Of a stretch of 41,862 nt of DNA, positions 17,303 to 26,619 are shown piece by piece (position 1 is the stretch's first letter; every line of letters starts with the position of its first letter). The DNA is from Myxococcota bacterium (GTDB taxonomy: Bacteria > Myxococcota_A > Polyangia > Polyangiales > Sandaracinaceae). The stretch covers positions 1 to 41,862 of the forward strand of contig JAYZQJ010000184.1 of assembly GCA_036149055.1 (NCBI GenBank). The letters run 5' to 3'. The position numbers and the translations under genes are program-made. A model generated the notes under the pieces. It ran no database searches, was not told the DNA's origin, and worked only from the letters and a program-made list of their open reading frames with translations.

Positions 17303-20112
17303 GCCGGGTGCGGACCTTCAGGATCGGGCTGGCCGCTTGGATCGCGCTGTCGTGCGCGGTGGCGGCGGCGCAGCCGCCCGAAGAGGAGCCCGCTTCGGTT
17401 CGGGGCGAGGGCGAAGCCGCAGCCGCAGCCGCAGCCGAAGCCGCAGCCGAGTCCGAAGCCGAGTCCGAAGCCGCAGCCGAGTCCGAAGCCGCAGCCGAGT
17501 CCGAAGCCGAGTCCGAAGCCGAGACCGCGGCCGAAGCCGAGTCCGGAGCCGCGGCCGGAGCCGCGGCCGGAGCCGAGACCGAGACCGAGACCGAGCCCGA
17601 AGTCGAGGCGGAAGGCGGGGACGGCGCCGGGGTCGAGCCGGGGCGGTTGCCGGAGGGGCACGAGCCGGAGCTGACCATGTCGCTCTCGGAGGGCGAGGCA
17701 CGGACGGGGGACCTCGTCACCGTCACGCTCACCGCCGTCGTGCCCGAGGGCGACGACGTCACCGTGCCCGAGCAGGGGTTCGGGGGGCTCGAGCTCTTCG
17801 ATCAGTCGATGACCTCCGAGGACGCCGGCGGCGGGCGGCGGCGCTACACCTTCACCCTCGAGCTGCTCGCCCTCGAGCCGGGCGAGGTGGAGCTGCCGGC
17901 GCTGCGTCTGCGGGTGATCACCGCCGACGGCGAGGTCGGCGACGTGCGCACCGAGCCGCGCACGATCACGGTCGGGAGCCACATCGCCAACGAGCCGGAC
18001 GCGCAGCCGCGGCCGCGCACCGAGCCGGTGGTGGTGATGGAGGAGGACTACACGCTCGCGTGGGTCCTCGGGGTGCTCGGCGCGCTCCTGGTGATCGCGA
18101 TCGTCGCCTTCTTCGTCGGTCGCTGGTGGTCGCGCCGCCCCAAGAAGGCCGCCCCGCCGCCTCCGCCGCGCCCGCCGTGGGACGTCGCCAACGAGAAGCT
18201 CGACGCGATCACGCGGGAGAAGACCGCGCTCATCGCCGAGAGCCGTCAGGCCGAGCTGGTCGACCGGGTGAGCGACGTGGTGCGCGAGTACCTGGGCAAC
18301 CGCTACGACTTCAACGGCCTCGAGAGCACGAGCGACGAGGTGGTGGCGCGGCTGGAGAAGATCAAGCTGCGCCGCCTGAAGCTGAGCGAGGTGAGCGCGC
18401 TGCTCGCCGACAGCGATCTCGTGAAGTTCGCCGGCTTCGTGCCGGAGGCCGGGCAGTGCGACGAGATGCTGAAGGGCGCGCGCCACATCGTGACCGCGAC
18501 CACCCCGCGCGCGGGCGAGATGGGCCTGGCCGGGGCCCCGAAGGCGGTGCGCGACGCCCCGACCGGCGGCGCCCGCATCGACACGAAGGGCGGCGAGGTG
18601 ACGCTCCCGCTCTCGGTCCGCACGGTGGCCGAGGCCCAGCAGGAGATCGGCGCCGCGGTGGGCGCGACGGCGCGCGACGCGAAGGACGCGAGCTGGAACG
18701 GCGTGATCCGGGTGGCCCTCTCGAGCGAGCTCCGCCCGAGCGAGGAGGTCGACCGCGCGCTGCTCCAGGTGCACGAGCAGCTGGCGACGGAGCTCGATCA
18801 GCTGAAGACGACGAGCGGCAAGCCGGTGCAGCTGATCCTCGAGCACTATCATCAGCGCCTCTACGAGGCCGCCGAGCGGGGCGAGCCGGCCCGGGTGACG
18901 GTGATCGACGACGACGGGCTCCGGGTGGAGGAGCGCTCGTTGTCTTCTTCTTCCGATCGGGAGGAGCGCGGCTCTGATCGGGAGGGAGAAGATCTCTCGC
19001 AGAGGCGCGGAGACGCAGAGGGGGAACGGGCGGGCGCGTCCGAGCGGGGCTCTGAACGGGAGGGAGAGGATCTCTCGCAGAGGCGCGGAGACGCAGAGGC
19101 GGAACAGGCGGGCGCGTCCGAGAGCGGCTCTGCGGGCTCGGGCTCGGACTCGGACTCGGAATCGGACTCGGTCTCGGACTCGGATTCGGACTCGGAGTCG
19201 GACTCGGAGTCGGTCTCGGACTCGGCGGCGGCAGCGGTCCCGGCAGCGGCAACGGGCACGGCAGCGGCAGCGGTCCCGGGAGCGGCAGCGGTCCCGGCAG
19301 CGGCAGCGGGCGCGGCAGCGGGCACGGCAGCGGAAGCGGGCGCGGAGGCGGGCCCGGCAGCGGAGGCGAGCCCGGCAGCGGAGGCGGGCCCGGCAGCGGA
19401 GGCGGGCCCGGCTGCGGGGGCGGCCCGGGCTGCGGAGGCGGGCCCGGCTGCGGAGGCGGTAGCGGAGACTCCCGCGGGGACGGTTGCGACTCGCGGGGCT
19501 CGGACGCTGCCTGCCGGGTTCGGGGAGGCTTTGGGTGGATCCGCGGGCACGGGCACGGGCACGGGCACGGGCAGGGGCACGGGGGGTGGGCTGGGCGTTC
19601 GTGTTCTCGACACCGCGTTCCCCGAGGCTCTCTCTCGGGTGACCCCGGTGCTGTTGGCGGCGCCTTCGGACGTGGAGCCGATCCTGCGGTGGGTGACCGG
19701 GCTGCCGGTGCCGGTCGCGTATCGGCTCGAGGGCGAGGCGGGGCTCGTGTTGCTCGGGCCGGACGCGCTGCAGGGGCTGAAGACGTCGCGGGGCGGGCTG
19801 CACGACGCGGCGCTGGCCCAGGTGCGGCGGCGGGTGCCGGCGGGGTTCGCGCCGGGGCGCGCGCCGGGGTACCTCGATGGCGGGGTGGCCGCGCTGCTGG
19901 TGCTGCCGGAGCTGGTGCCGGATGGGGAGAGCTGGCTCGCGATCCCCAACGAGGAGGGCGCGCTCGTCGTGGTGCGCGAGGGGACCGATCGGACCGAGCG
20001 CGATCTGCGGCGGGTGCGCGGGGAGCTCGGCGAGGCGCCGCTCTTCGAGGCGCCGGTGCGGGTGCGGCGGAGCGGCTTCGAGCCGGCGGGTTGGCCGGGA
20101 GGTGAGGCGTGA
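17299..20112 (+). CDS. Bat-operon membrane protein (BatD-like Ig domain, TM, helical domain) with large low-complexity insertions and extra C-terminal domains
   Basis: Signal peptide; [49 protein letters not shown], typical of the gene between DUF58 and batA; about 500 additional residues. Confidence 0.75.
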   Translation: MSRVRTFRIGLAAWIALSCAVAAAQPPEEEPASVRGEGEAAAAAAAEAAAESEAESEAAAESEAAAESEAESEAETAAEAESGAAAGAAAGAETETETEPEVEAEGGDGAGVEPGRLPEGHEPELTMSLSEGEARTGDLVTVTLTAVVPEGDDVTVPEQGFGGLELFDQSMTSEDAGGGRRRYTFTLELLALEPGEVELPALRLRVITADGEVGDVRTEPRTITVGSHIANEPDAQPRPRTEPVVVMEEDYTLAWVLGVLGALLVIAIVAFFVGRWWSRRPKKAAPPPPPRPPWDVANEKLDAITREKTALIAESRQAELVDRVSDVVREYLGNRYDFNGLESTSDEVVARLEKIKLRRLKLSEVSALLADSDLVKFAGFVPEAGQCDEMLKGARHIVTATTPRAGEMGLAGAPKAVRDAPTGGARIDTKGGEVTLPLSVRTVAEAQQEIGAAVGATARDAKDASWNGVIRVALSSELRPSEEVDRALLQVHEQLATELDQLKTTSGKPVQLILEHYHQRLYEAAERGEPARVTVIDDDGLRVEERSLSSSSDREERGSDREGEDLSQRRGDAEGERAGASERGSEREGEDLSQRRGDAEAEQAGASESGSAGSGSDSDSESDSVSDSDSDSESDSESVSDSAAAAVPAAATGTAAAAVPGAAAVPAAAAGAAAGTAAEAGAEAGPAAEASPAAEAGPAAEAGPAAGAARAAEAGPAAEAVAETPAGTVATRGARTLPAGFGEALGGSAGTGTGTGTGRGTGGGLGVRVLDTAFPEALSRVTPVLLAAPSDVEPILRWVTGLPVPVAYRLEGEAGLVLLGPDALQGLKTSRGGLHDAALAQVRRRVPAGFAPGRAPGYLDGGVAALLVLPELVPDGESWLAIPNEEGALVVVREGTDRTERDLRRVRGELGEAPLFEAPVRVRRSGFEPAGWPGGEA
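17413..17600 (+). repeat. In-frame Ala/Glu/Ser hexamer-based low-complexity tract
   Basis: GCCGAGTCCGAA / GCCGCA / GAGACC iterations. Confidence 0.8.
18964..19132 (+). repeat. 78-bp tandem duplication (about 2.2 copies)
   Basis: Units start at 18964, 19042 and 19120; the two full units both encode [14 protein letters not shown]. Confidence 0.85.
19133..19583 (+). repeat. Compound low-complexity tract (SD, AAEAGP and GT repeats)
   Basis: TCGGAC iterations, 18-bp GCGGAGGCGGGCCCGGCA units, GGGCAC iterations at 19544-19583. Confidence 0.8.
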
Positions 20113-21272
20113 ACCGCTTCCTCCGCGCGCTCCTGCCGGCCGGCTGGACGATGCTCTTCCTCGTGCCGACCGCCTACGTCGTGGTCTGGCTGATCGAGGC
20201 GCGGTACGAGGTGCCGATCGCGGCGGAGAGCTTCCGCTTCGAGCGGCCCTGGGCCTGGACCCTGCTGCCGGCCGCGCTGCTCGTCCTCGCGGCGCGGGGG
20301 TACCTGCACGAGCGGCGCGGGCCCCGGCTCAAGCTCTCTCGGGTGCACGACCTCGCGCTGATCGGGCGCGCCGGCTGGCGCACCTGGATCAAGCACGCGC
20401 CCACCGGCCTGCGGGTCACCGCGGTCGGGCTGCTCGCGCTCGCGCTGATGGGTCCGCAGAGCATTCACGCGCGCGACACCGCCGACGTCGAGGGCATCGA
20501 CATCGTGCTCACCCTCGACCTCTCGCTCTCGATGCAGGCGAGCGACATCCGGCCCAACCGCTTCGAGGCGACCAAGCAGGTGGTCGACGAGTTCCTGCAG
20601 CGGCGGCCCAACGACCGCATCGGCGCGGTGGTCTTCGGGCGGGACGCCTACACCTTGATGCCGCTGACCACCGACAAGGAGGCGCTGCGCGGCGCGATCT
20701 CGGAGCTCGACCTCGGCATGATCGACGGGCGCGGCACCGCGATCGGCAACGCGGTGGGCACCGCCCTCAACCGGCTCCGCGATAGCGAGGCGGCGAGCCG
20801 GGTCGTCATCCTCCTGACCGACGGCGACTCCAACAGCGGCAACGTCTCGCCCGAGCAGGCGGCGGACATCGCGCGCACCCTGCCCCACCCGCTCGGCAAC
20901 GAGGGGCCCGACGGGGAGGAGCGCCAGGGCGTCAAGATCTACACCATCCTCATGGGGCGCACCGAGGACGCGCGCACCCAGCGCGGCCAGGACATCTTCG
21001 GCCAGCCGATCTGGGACACCGGCAACTTCCCGATCAACCCCGAGCTGCTGCAGGAGATGGCGGAGACGACCGGCGGCGAGCACTTCACGGTCAGCGACCG
21101 CGAGGGGCTCGAGCGCTCCTTCCACGCCATCCTCGACCGCCTCGAGCGGACCGAGATCGAAGACGCCGGCCGGGTCTACGGCGAGCTCTTCCCCGCGCTC
21201 GTCTGGCCGGCGCTCGCCCTGCTGCTCCTCGAGCTGCTCCTGTCGACGCTCGTGCTCCGGAGGTGGCCGTGA
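20109..21272 (+). CDS. batA: BatA-like VWA domain membrane protein
   Basis: F..PW N-terminal TM; GIDIVLTLDLSLSM (MIDAS), DRIG.VVF, GTAIG, ILLTDG; C-terminal TM. Confidence 0.88.
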   Translation: MNRFLRALLPAGWTMLFLVPTAYVVVWLIEARYEVPIAAESFRFERPWAWTLLPAALLVLAARGYLHERRGPRLKLSRVHDLALIGRAGWRTWIKHAPTGLRVTAVGLLALALMGPQSIHARDTADVEGIDIVLTLDLSLSMQASDIRPNRFEATKQVVDEFLQRRPNDRIGAVVFGRDAYTLMPLTTDKEALRGAISELDLGMIDGRGTAIGNAVGTALNRLRDSEAASRVVILLTDGDSNSGNVSPEQAADIARTLPHPLGNEGPDGEERQGVKIYTILMGRTEDARTQRGQDIFGQPIWDTGNFPINPELLQEMAETTGGEHFTVSDREGLERSFHAILDRLERTEIEDAGRVYGELFPALVWPALALLLLELLLSTLVLRRWP

Positions 21273-22363
21273 CCTGGCAGCACCCCGACCTGCTCTGGCT
21301 CCTGCTCGCGGTCCCCGCGCTCGCCGCCCTCCCCCTCTTCGCCTGGTGGCGACGGCGCCACGCGACCGCGCGCTTCGGCGATCGCGAGGTCCTGCGCAGC
21401 CTGACCGCCGGCCGCAGCGGGCCCTGGCGCGCCACCCGCGCGGTGCTCTTCGTGATCGCGATCGCGCTGACCGTGGTCGCGCTCGCCGGGCCCCAGTACG
21501 GCAGCCGGACGCGCATCCTGCGCAAGCGCGGCATCGACGTCGTCATCGCGCTCGACTTCTCCAAGAGCATGCTCGCGCGCGACGTGAGCCCGAGCCGCAT
21601 CGAGCGCGCCAAGGCGGAGATCGTGCGGCTCCTCTCGGAGCTCGACGGAGATCGGGTCGGCGTGGTGGCGTTCGCCGGCGAGTCGATGGAGTTCCCGATG
21701 ACCACCGACTACCGGGCGCTGTCGCTCTTCTTCCGCGACCTCGGGCCCTACGACATGCCGGTCGGCGGCACCGCGATCGCGCGCGCGCTCATCACCAGCA
21801 AGCGCCTGCTCGAGCGGGCGGACGCCAGCCGACAGACCGCGCCGGACGACGAGGCGAGCCGGTCGCGGGTGGTGATCCTGATGACCGACGGCGAGGACCA
21901 CGAGGGCGACCCGGTCGAGGCGGCGCGCGAGCTCGCCGACGCGGGCATCACCGTGTTCACCGTCGGCATCGGCTCCCGCAGCGGCGAGCCCATCCCGACC
22001 TACGCGCCGGACGGGACGTTCACCGGCCACCTCCGCGACGCCGAGGGCAACGTGGTGCTCAGCGCGCTCACCGAGGACAACGAGCAGCAGCTCACCGAGG
22101 TCGCGGAGGCCACCGGGGGGCGCTACTTCCGGGCGCCGCGCGGCCAGGTCGGGGTCGACCAGATCCGCCGCCAGCTGCGCTCGATGCAGCAGCACGAGAA
22201 CGAGGCCCGCCGGGTCACCGTGCACGAGGCGCGCTTCGCGCTGATCCTCTTCCCGGCCTTCCTGCTGCTGCTGCTCGAGGCGCTCCTGCCCGACGCCTGG
22301 ATCGGGCGGCGACGCGCCGCCCCCCCGCCGGAGAGCCGGCGGAGAAAGCGAGGTCGTCGATGA
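21269..22363 (+). CDS. batB: BatB-like VWA domain membrane protein
   Basis: ALAGPQYG, ALDFSKSMLARDVSPSR, DRVGVVAFAG, TDGEDHEG; GTGA overlap. Confidence 0.88.
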   Translation: MTWQHPDLLWLLLAVPALAALPLFAWWRRRHATARFGDREVLRSLTAGRSGPWRATRAVLFVIAIALTVVALAGPQYGSRTRILRKRGIDVVIALDFSKSMLARDVSPSRIERAKAEIVRLLSELDGDRVGVVAFAGESMEFPMTTDYRALSLFFRDLGPYDMPVGGTAIARALITSKRLLERADASRQTAPDDEASRSRVVILMTDGEDHEGDPVEAARELADAGITVFTVGIGSRSGEPIPTYAPDGTFTGHLRDAEGNVVLSALTEDNEQQLTEVAEATGGRYFRAPRGQVGVDQIRRQLRSMQQHENEARRVTVHEARFALILFPAFLLLLLEALLPDAWIGRRRAAPPPESRRRKRGRR

Positions 22364-23322
22364 GCCGCGTCGTCACCCTCCTGCTCGTCCTGCTCGCCCC
22401 GGCGAGCGCCTCCGCGTGGGACCCGTTCCTGGTGCCGAACGATCACGTCGAGGACGGCAACGCGCGCATGGCAGACGAAGATCCGTCGGGCGCCTTGCAT
22501 CACTACGAGCAGGCCGCGCGGCAGCTCCCGAACGAGCCGGGCGTGCACCTCAACCGCGGCCTCGCCCTCCTCGACGCGGGCGAGCTCGACCGGGCGCTCG
22601 AGGCGTTCGAGGTGGCGGCGGAGCCCGGCGGCCCGCGCGAGATCCGCGCCGACGCCTACTACGACATGGGCCTCGTCTACTACCAGCAGGGCGACGCGGC
22701 CGCGGCCGAGGAGGACCACCAGGAGGCGCAGCGCCTCTTCCGCGAGGCCGCCGAGCGCTTCCGCCAGTCGCTCCGTCAGCGGCCCGGCAACGCCGACGCC
22801 GGCTGGAACCTCGAGCTCGCGCTCCGCCGGCTCCACGAGGAGGAGGAGGCGCAGGAGCAGCAAGAGCAAGAGGAGCAAGAGCAGCAGGAGCAGAACCAGG
22901 ATCAGCAGCAGCAGAACCAGGACCAGCAGGGCCAGGATCAGCAGCAGCAGGACCAGGATCAGCAACAGCAAGATCAGCAGGGCGAGGACGAGCAGCCGCA
23001 GGATCAGCAGGGTCAGGACGAGCAGCCTCAGGACTCGGAGGGCGACGAAGGCGAGCCCCAGGAGGACGAGGGCGGCTCCGAGGAGAGCGACGACGAGCAG
23101 CCCTCCGACGACTCGTCCGACCAGGGCGAGGGCCAGCCGCAGGAGGGCGACGGTCAGCAGCCGCCCGAGCCGCAGCCGTCGACCGAGGGGACCCGCGAGG
23201 CCATGCCCGAGGAGCACCGCCGCGTGCTCGACGCGCTGCAGGACGGTGAGGACAACCTCGAGCGCCACCGAGCGCGGAGCCGGGCGGCCCAGGAGCGGCG
23301 GCGCGTGGAGCAGGACTGGTGA
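22360..23322 (+). CDS. batC: BatC-like TPR protein with Gln/Asp/Glu-rich linker (320 aa)
   Basis: Signal peptide, TPRs, AGWNLELAL, QDQQ repeats, terminal VEQDW. Confidence 0.85.
   Translation: MSRVVTLLLVLLAPASASAWDPFLVPNDHVEDGNARMADEDPSGALHHYEQAARQLPNEPGVHLNRGLALLDAGELDRALEAFEVAAEPGGPREIRADAYYDMGLVYYQQGDAAAAEEDHQEAQRLFREAAERFRQSLRQRPGNADAGWNLELALRRLHEEEEAQEQQEQEEQEQQEQNQDQQQQNQDQQGQDQQQQDQDQQQQDQQGEDEQPQDQQGQDEQPQDSEGDEGEPQEDEGGSEESDDEQPSDDSSDQGEGQPQEGDGQQPPEPQPSTEGTREAMPEEHRRVLDALQDGEDNLERHRARSRAAQERRRVEQDW
22846..23031 (+). repeat. Gln-rich coding repeat (QDQQG/QDQQQ)
   Basis: CAGGATCAGCAG iterations inside batC. Confidence 0.7.
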
Positions 23323-25148
23323 AGCCGCGCCTCTCGATCGCGATCGCGCTCCTCTCGATCCTCGCGAGCTCCGCCTCCGCGCAGGCGCCGGACGGCGAGG
23401 TCGAGATGAGCGTCGACCGCAACCAGGTGGAGGTCGGCGGCATCTTCCAGCTCCGGATCACCGCCACCGTCCAGGGCGGCCAGGCCCAGCTCCAGCCGCC
23501 GGACCTCGCCGCGTTCGACGTGCTCAGCCGCTCGGTCTCCAGCGGCTCGGTGATGCGCGGCTTCACCCGCGAGTCGCGCCTCACCCAGACGATGCAGCTG
23601 CGCGCGCGCCAGCCGGGCGCGTTCCAGCTCGGTCCGGCCCGCATCGACTTCGGCGGCGGCACGACCATCGACTCCAACGTGCTCCAGATCACGGTCGGCG
23701 GCGGCATCCAGGCGGGTCAGCCGGCCGCGCAGGGAGGCGCCCCGGATCTCCCGCCTGCGCACCACGCGGACGGGATGGCGTTCGACCCGCGCGGCTTCCT
23801 CCGCACCTGGGTGACCGACGCCGAGCCCTACGTGGGCCAGCAGGTCGACGTGACCGTGTACCTCTACCTCCGCGGGCCGCTTCGCGCGTCGCCGGCGATC
23901 ACCCGCGAGGCGACCACCGACGGCTTCTGGACCCGGGACCTGCTGCCCCCGAGCCGGTCCCTCGACGCCCGCACCCAGACGCTCCAGAACATGACGTTCC
24001 AGGTCTACACCCTGCGCCACGTGGCCGCGTTCCCGCTCCAGGCCGGCGAGCAGACGATCGGCGCGCCGGCGATGGAGGTCCGCAACAGCGGCCTCTGGGG
24101 GCTGCTCGGCGGCGGCGGCAACGAGCCGCTCCGGCTCGAGGGCGTCCCGGTCACCGTGAACGTGCGCCCGCTCCCGTCCGAGGGGCGGCCCGACGGCGAC
24201 GTGCACGTGGGCGAGCTGACGGTGACCTCGGAGCTCGATCGGGCGCAGGTCGGGACCGGCGACGCGGTGACCCTCACCGTGCGCGCGGAGGGGCGCGGGG
24301 CCATCGAGCAGATCCGCATCCCCAGCCCGTCGGCCGACGGCCTGCGCGTCCTCCAGCCGGAGATCCGGGACACCGTGAGCACGCCGGGCGGCGTGGTGCG
24401 GGGCGACCGCGTCTATCGATGGCTCATCGTGCCCGAGCGACCGGGCACCTACACGCTCGGGCCGTTCGAGGTGCCGGTCTTCGACCCGGAGGCGGAGCGC
24501 TACACGGTCGCCCGCGCCCCGGCGCTGACCCTCACCGCGGCCGGCAACGCGGCCGCCGCCGCCGCCGAGCCCGAGCCCGCGGAGCTCGAGGCCCCCAGCG
24601 GGCCGGCCCCCGACGCCCCGAGCTTCGGCCCGATCCACCGGGAGAGCGAGCTCACCCGGAGCTACGCGACGATGGTGGATCGCGGCTGGTACCGGGGGCT
24701 GCTCGCGCTCGGGCCGCTGATGCTCCTGCTCGGCCTGGTCGCGCGGGCGTGGCGACGCCGCGCGGCCTCGGACGATCCCGCGCGCGCCCCGCGGCGCGCC
24801 CGGAAGGCCGCGCGCAAGCGGCTCGCCGAGGCGCAGGCGCACGCCGCCGGAGGCGAGCCCCGCGCCTTCTACGCCGCCATCGGGGCGGCGCTGAAGGACG
24901 TGCTCCAGGCGCGGCTCGGCCAGCCGGTCGGGAGCCTCACCCACCCGGAGCTGTCGGCCCTGCTGACCCGCCGCGGCATGGAGCCGGAGCTGGCGCGGGC
25001 GGTGGTCGAGGAGCTCGAGGGCTGCGACTTCGCGCGCTTCAGCGCGGCCGGGGTCGAGCGCGCCGAGATGGACGAGTGCCTGACCCGCGCGCGCGCGCTG
25101 CTCGCCAAGCTCGACCGCTTCACCCCCACCGCGGAGGACGAGGCGTGA
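23319..25148 (+). CDS. batD: BatD family protein
   Basis: Signal peptide; three beta-rich repeats (VDRNQVEVG, PYVGQQV, VGTGDAVTLTV); TM; C-terminal CDFARF. Confidence 0.85.
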   Translation: MKPRLSIAIALLSILASSASAQAPDGEVEMSVDRNQVEVGGIFQLRITATVQGGQAQLQPPDLAAFDVLSRSVSSGSVMRGFTRESRLTQTMQLRARQPGAFQLGPARIDFGGGTTIDSNVLQITVGGGIQAGQPAAQGGAPDLPPAHHADGMAFDPRGFLRTWVTDAEPYVGQQVDVTVYLYLRGPLRASPAITREATTDGFWTRDLLPPSRSLDARTQTLQNMTFQVYTLRHVAAFPLQAGEQTIGAPAMEVRNSGLWGLLGGGGNEPLRLEGVPVTVNVRPLPSEGRPDGDVHVGELTVTSELDRAQVGTGDAVTLTVRAEGRGAIEQIRIPSPSADGLRVLQPEIRDTVSTPGGVVRGDRVYRWLIVPERPGTYTLGPFEVPVFDPEAERYTVARAPALTLTAAGNAAAAAAEPEPAELEAPSGPAPDAPSFGPIHRESELTRSYATMVDRGWYRGLLALGPLMLLLGLVARAWRRRAASDDPARAPRRARKAARKRLAEAQAHAAGGEPRAFYAAIGAALKDVLQARLGQPVGSLTHPELSALLTRRGMEPELARAVVEELEGCDFARFSAAGVERAEMDECLTRARALLAKLDRFTPTAEDEA

Positions 25149-25930
25149 GGCGCTCGCTGCTCGTGCTCGCGCTCCTCGCCCTGCCGCTGACCGCCCGGGC
25201 GGACAGCCTCGAGGAGATCTGGGACCGCGCCAACCACGCCTACTTCCAGGGCGACCACGACGGCGCCGCCGACGGCTACCGCGAGCTCCTCGCGCTCGGC
25301 GTCGTCGACCCCGACGTCGCCTTCAACCTGGCGACCGCCGAGGCGCGCCGCGGCCGCTACGGCGCGGCGATCCAGTACTTCGAGCAGGCGCTCTGGCTGC
25401 GCCCCGGCGACGAGGACGCGCGGGCCGGCCTCGAGGCGGCGCGGGCCGCGGTCGGCGCCCGGCGGGCCAACGCCCAGGGCGAGGCCGAGGTCGCCGAGGA
25501 GCCTCCGCTGGGCGAGGCGCTCTTCGGCGGCACGTCGCGCGACCTGCTCGCGCTCCTGACGCTCCTGTCGTCGCTCGGCCTCTTCGGCGCGCTGACCGCG
25601 CTGCTCTTCGTGCGCCGCGAGAGCGTGCGCCTCGGCCTCGGCATCGCCGCCCCGCTCGTCGGCATCGTGCTGCTGGTGAGCGGCGCCGGCATGGTGATCC
25701 GCAACGGCTGGCTCGAGGAGGGCGACCCGGGCGTCGTGCTCCAGGAGCGCGTCCCGCTGCGCGAGGGCCCGGAGGCCGAGGCCTCGGAGCGCCACGTCGC
25801 CCGCGAGGGTCAGCGCGCGTGGATCCTCGACGACGGCGAGGACGGCTGGGTGCTCGTCCGGGTGCCGAGCGTCGGCGAAGGCTGGGCGGAGGCCTCTCGT
25901 ATCGGGCCCGTCAGGCCCTCCGGCCGATGA
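25145..25930 (+). CDS. batE: BatE-like TPR + TM + SH3 protein (261 aa)
   Basis: Signal peptide, ANHAY..FNLA..YFEQAL.LRP TPR, two TMs, LREGP..GWVLV..GW SH3-like. Confidence 0.8.
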   Translation: MRRSLLVLALLALPLTARADSLEEIWDRANHAYFQGDHDGAADGYRELLALGVVDPDVAFNLATAEARRGRYGAAIQYFEQALWLRPGDEDARAGLEAARAAVGARRANAQGEAEVAEEPPLGEALFGGTSRDLLALLTLLSSLGLFGALTALLFVRRESVRLGLGIAAPLVGIVLLVSGAGMVIRNGWLEEGDPGVVLQERVPLREGPEAEASERHVAREGQRAWILDDGEDGWVLVRVPSVGEGWAEASRIGPVRPSGR

Positions 25931-25944
25931 GCGGCCGTGGGCCT

Positions 25945-26135
25945 GACCCCGTGCCCGTGCCCCTGCCCCTGCCCGTGCCCGATGTCGAGCGTCGAGCACT
26001 CAGCGCCTCGCGTCCCGAAGCAAGACGTCGGCGTTTCCTCGCGCCCATGAAGGCCCAGAAGCACGGGCGCGCCCGAGACGGAAGGGTTCCTCCGGTTCTC
26101 GGGCAGGGGCACGGGCACGGGCAGGGGCACGGGTC
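25945..26135. repeat. Inverted-repeat element with (G/C)TGCCC hexamer arms
   Basis: Left arm 25945-25982 and right arm 26099-26135 are near reverse complements around a unique core of about 115 nt. Confidence 0.8.
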
Positions 26136-26158
26136 GAAGTAGCGCGCCTGCGGGCGCG

Positions 26159-26542
26159 CTACTTCGAGAGCACCTTGCGGATGCGATCGTCGAGGTCGTG
26201 GAACTCGAAGGGCTTGTCGAGGTACTCGTCCGCGCCGTAGAGCGGCGAGGTCATCTCGTTGAGCCGCTCGCCGATGCCGGTGAGCATGATGACCGCGGTG
26301 CTCGAGAGGCCGTCGTCCTCGCGGATCGCGCGGCAGACCTCCCAGCCGGTCATGCCGGGCATCATGACGTCCAGGATCACCAGGTCCGGCTTCTCCCGGC
26401 GCGCGATCTTCAGCGCCTCCTCGCCATCGGAGGCCTCGAGGATCTTCATGTCGTGCGTCTTCAGGTGGCGCGTGACGAGGCCGAGGATCTCGACGTCGTC
26501 ATCCGCCACGAGGACGGTCTTCTCCGACAGGTTCTGACTCAT
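26159..26542 (-). CDS. Single-domain response regulator (CheY-like, 127 aa)
   Basis: VADDD, LDVMMPG, MLTG, KPF; GAGGGAG SD before ATG 26542. Confidence 0.92.
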   Translation of the reverse strand: MSQNLSEKTVLVADDDVEILGLVTRHLKTHDMKILEASDGEEALKIARREKPDLVILDVMMPGMTGWEVCRAIREDDGLSSTAVIMLTGIGERLNEMTSPLYGADEYLDKPFEFHDLDDRIRKVLSK

Positions 26543-26570
26543 GTGAAGCGCTCCCTCGAAAGGCGGCGCC

Positions 26571-26600
26571 ATGGTCGCCGCCGCCGGGCCCCGGTGTCAA
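26571..26600 (-). promoter_or_regulatory. Putative promoter (TTGACA-N18-GACCAT) for the response regulator
   Basis: Perfect -35 hexamer at 26595-26600. Confidence 0.55.
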
Positions 26601-26619
26601 TGGGCGCGTGATGGGGCCA

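Noticed and set aside
18964..19460. CRISPR-like array
   Set aside because: Repeats are contiguous, in-frame, without unique spacers; no cas genes.
25810..26142. Two antiparallel ORFs of about 106 aa (PVPVP../GHGHG..)
   Set aside because: Translation products of the inverted-repeat arms.
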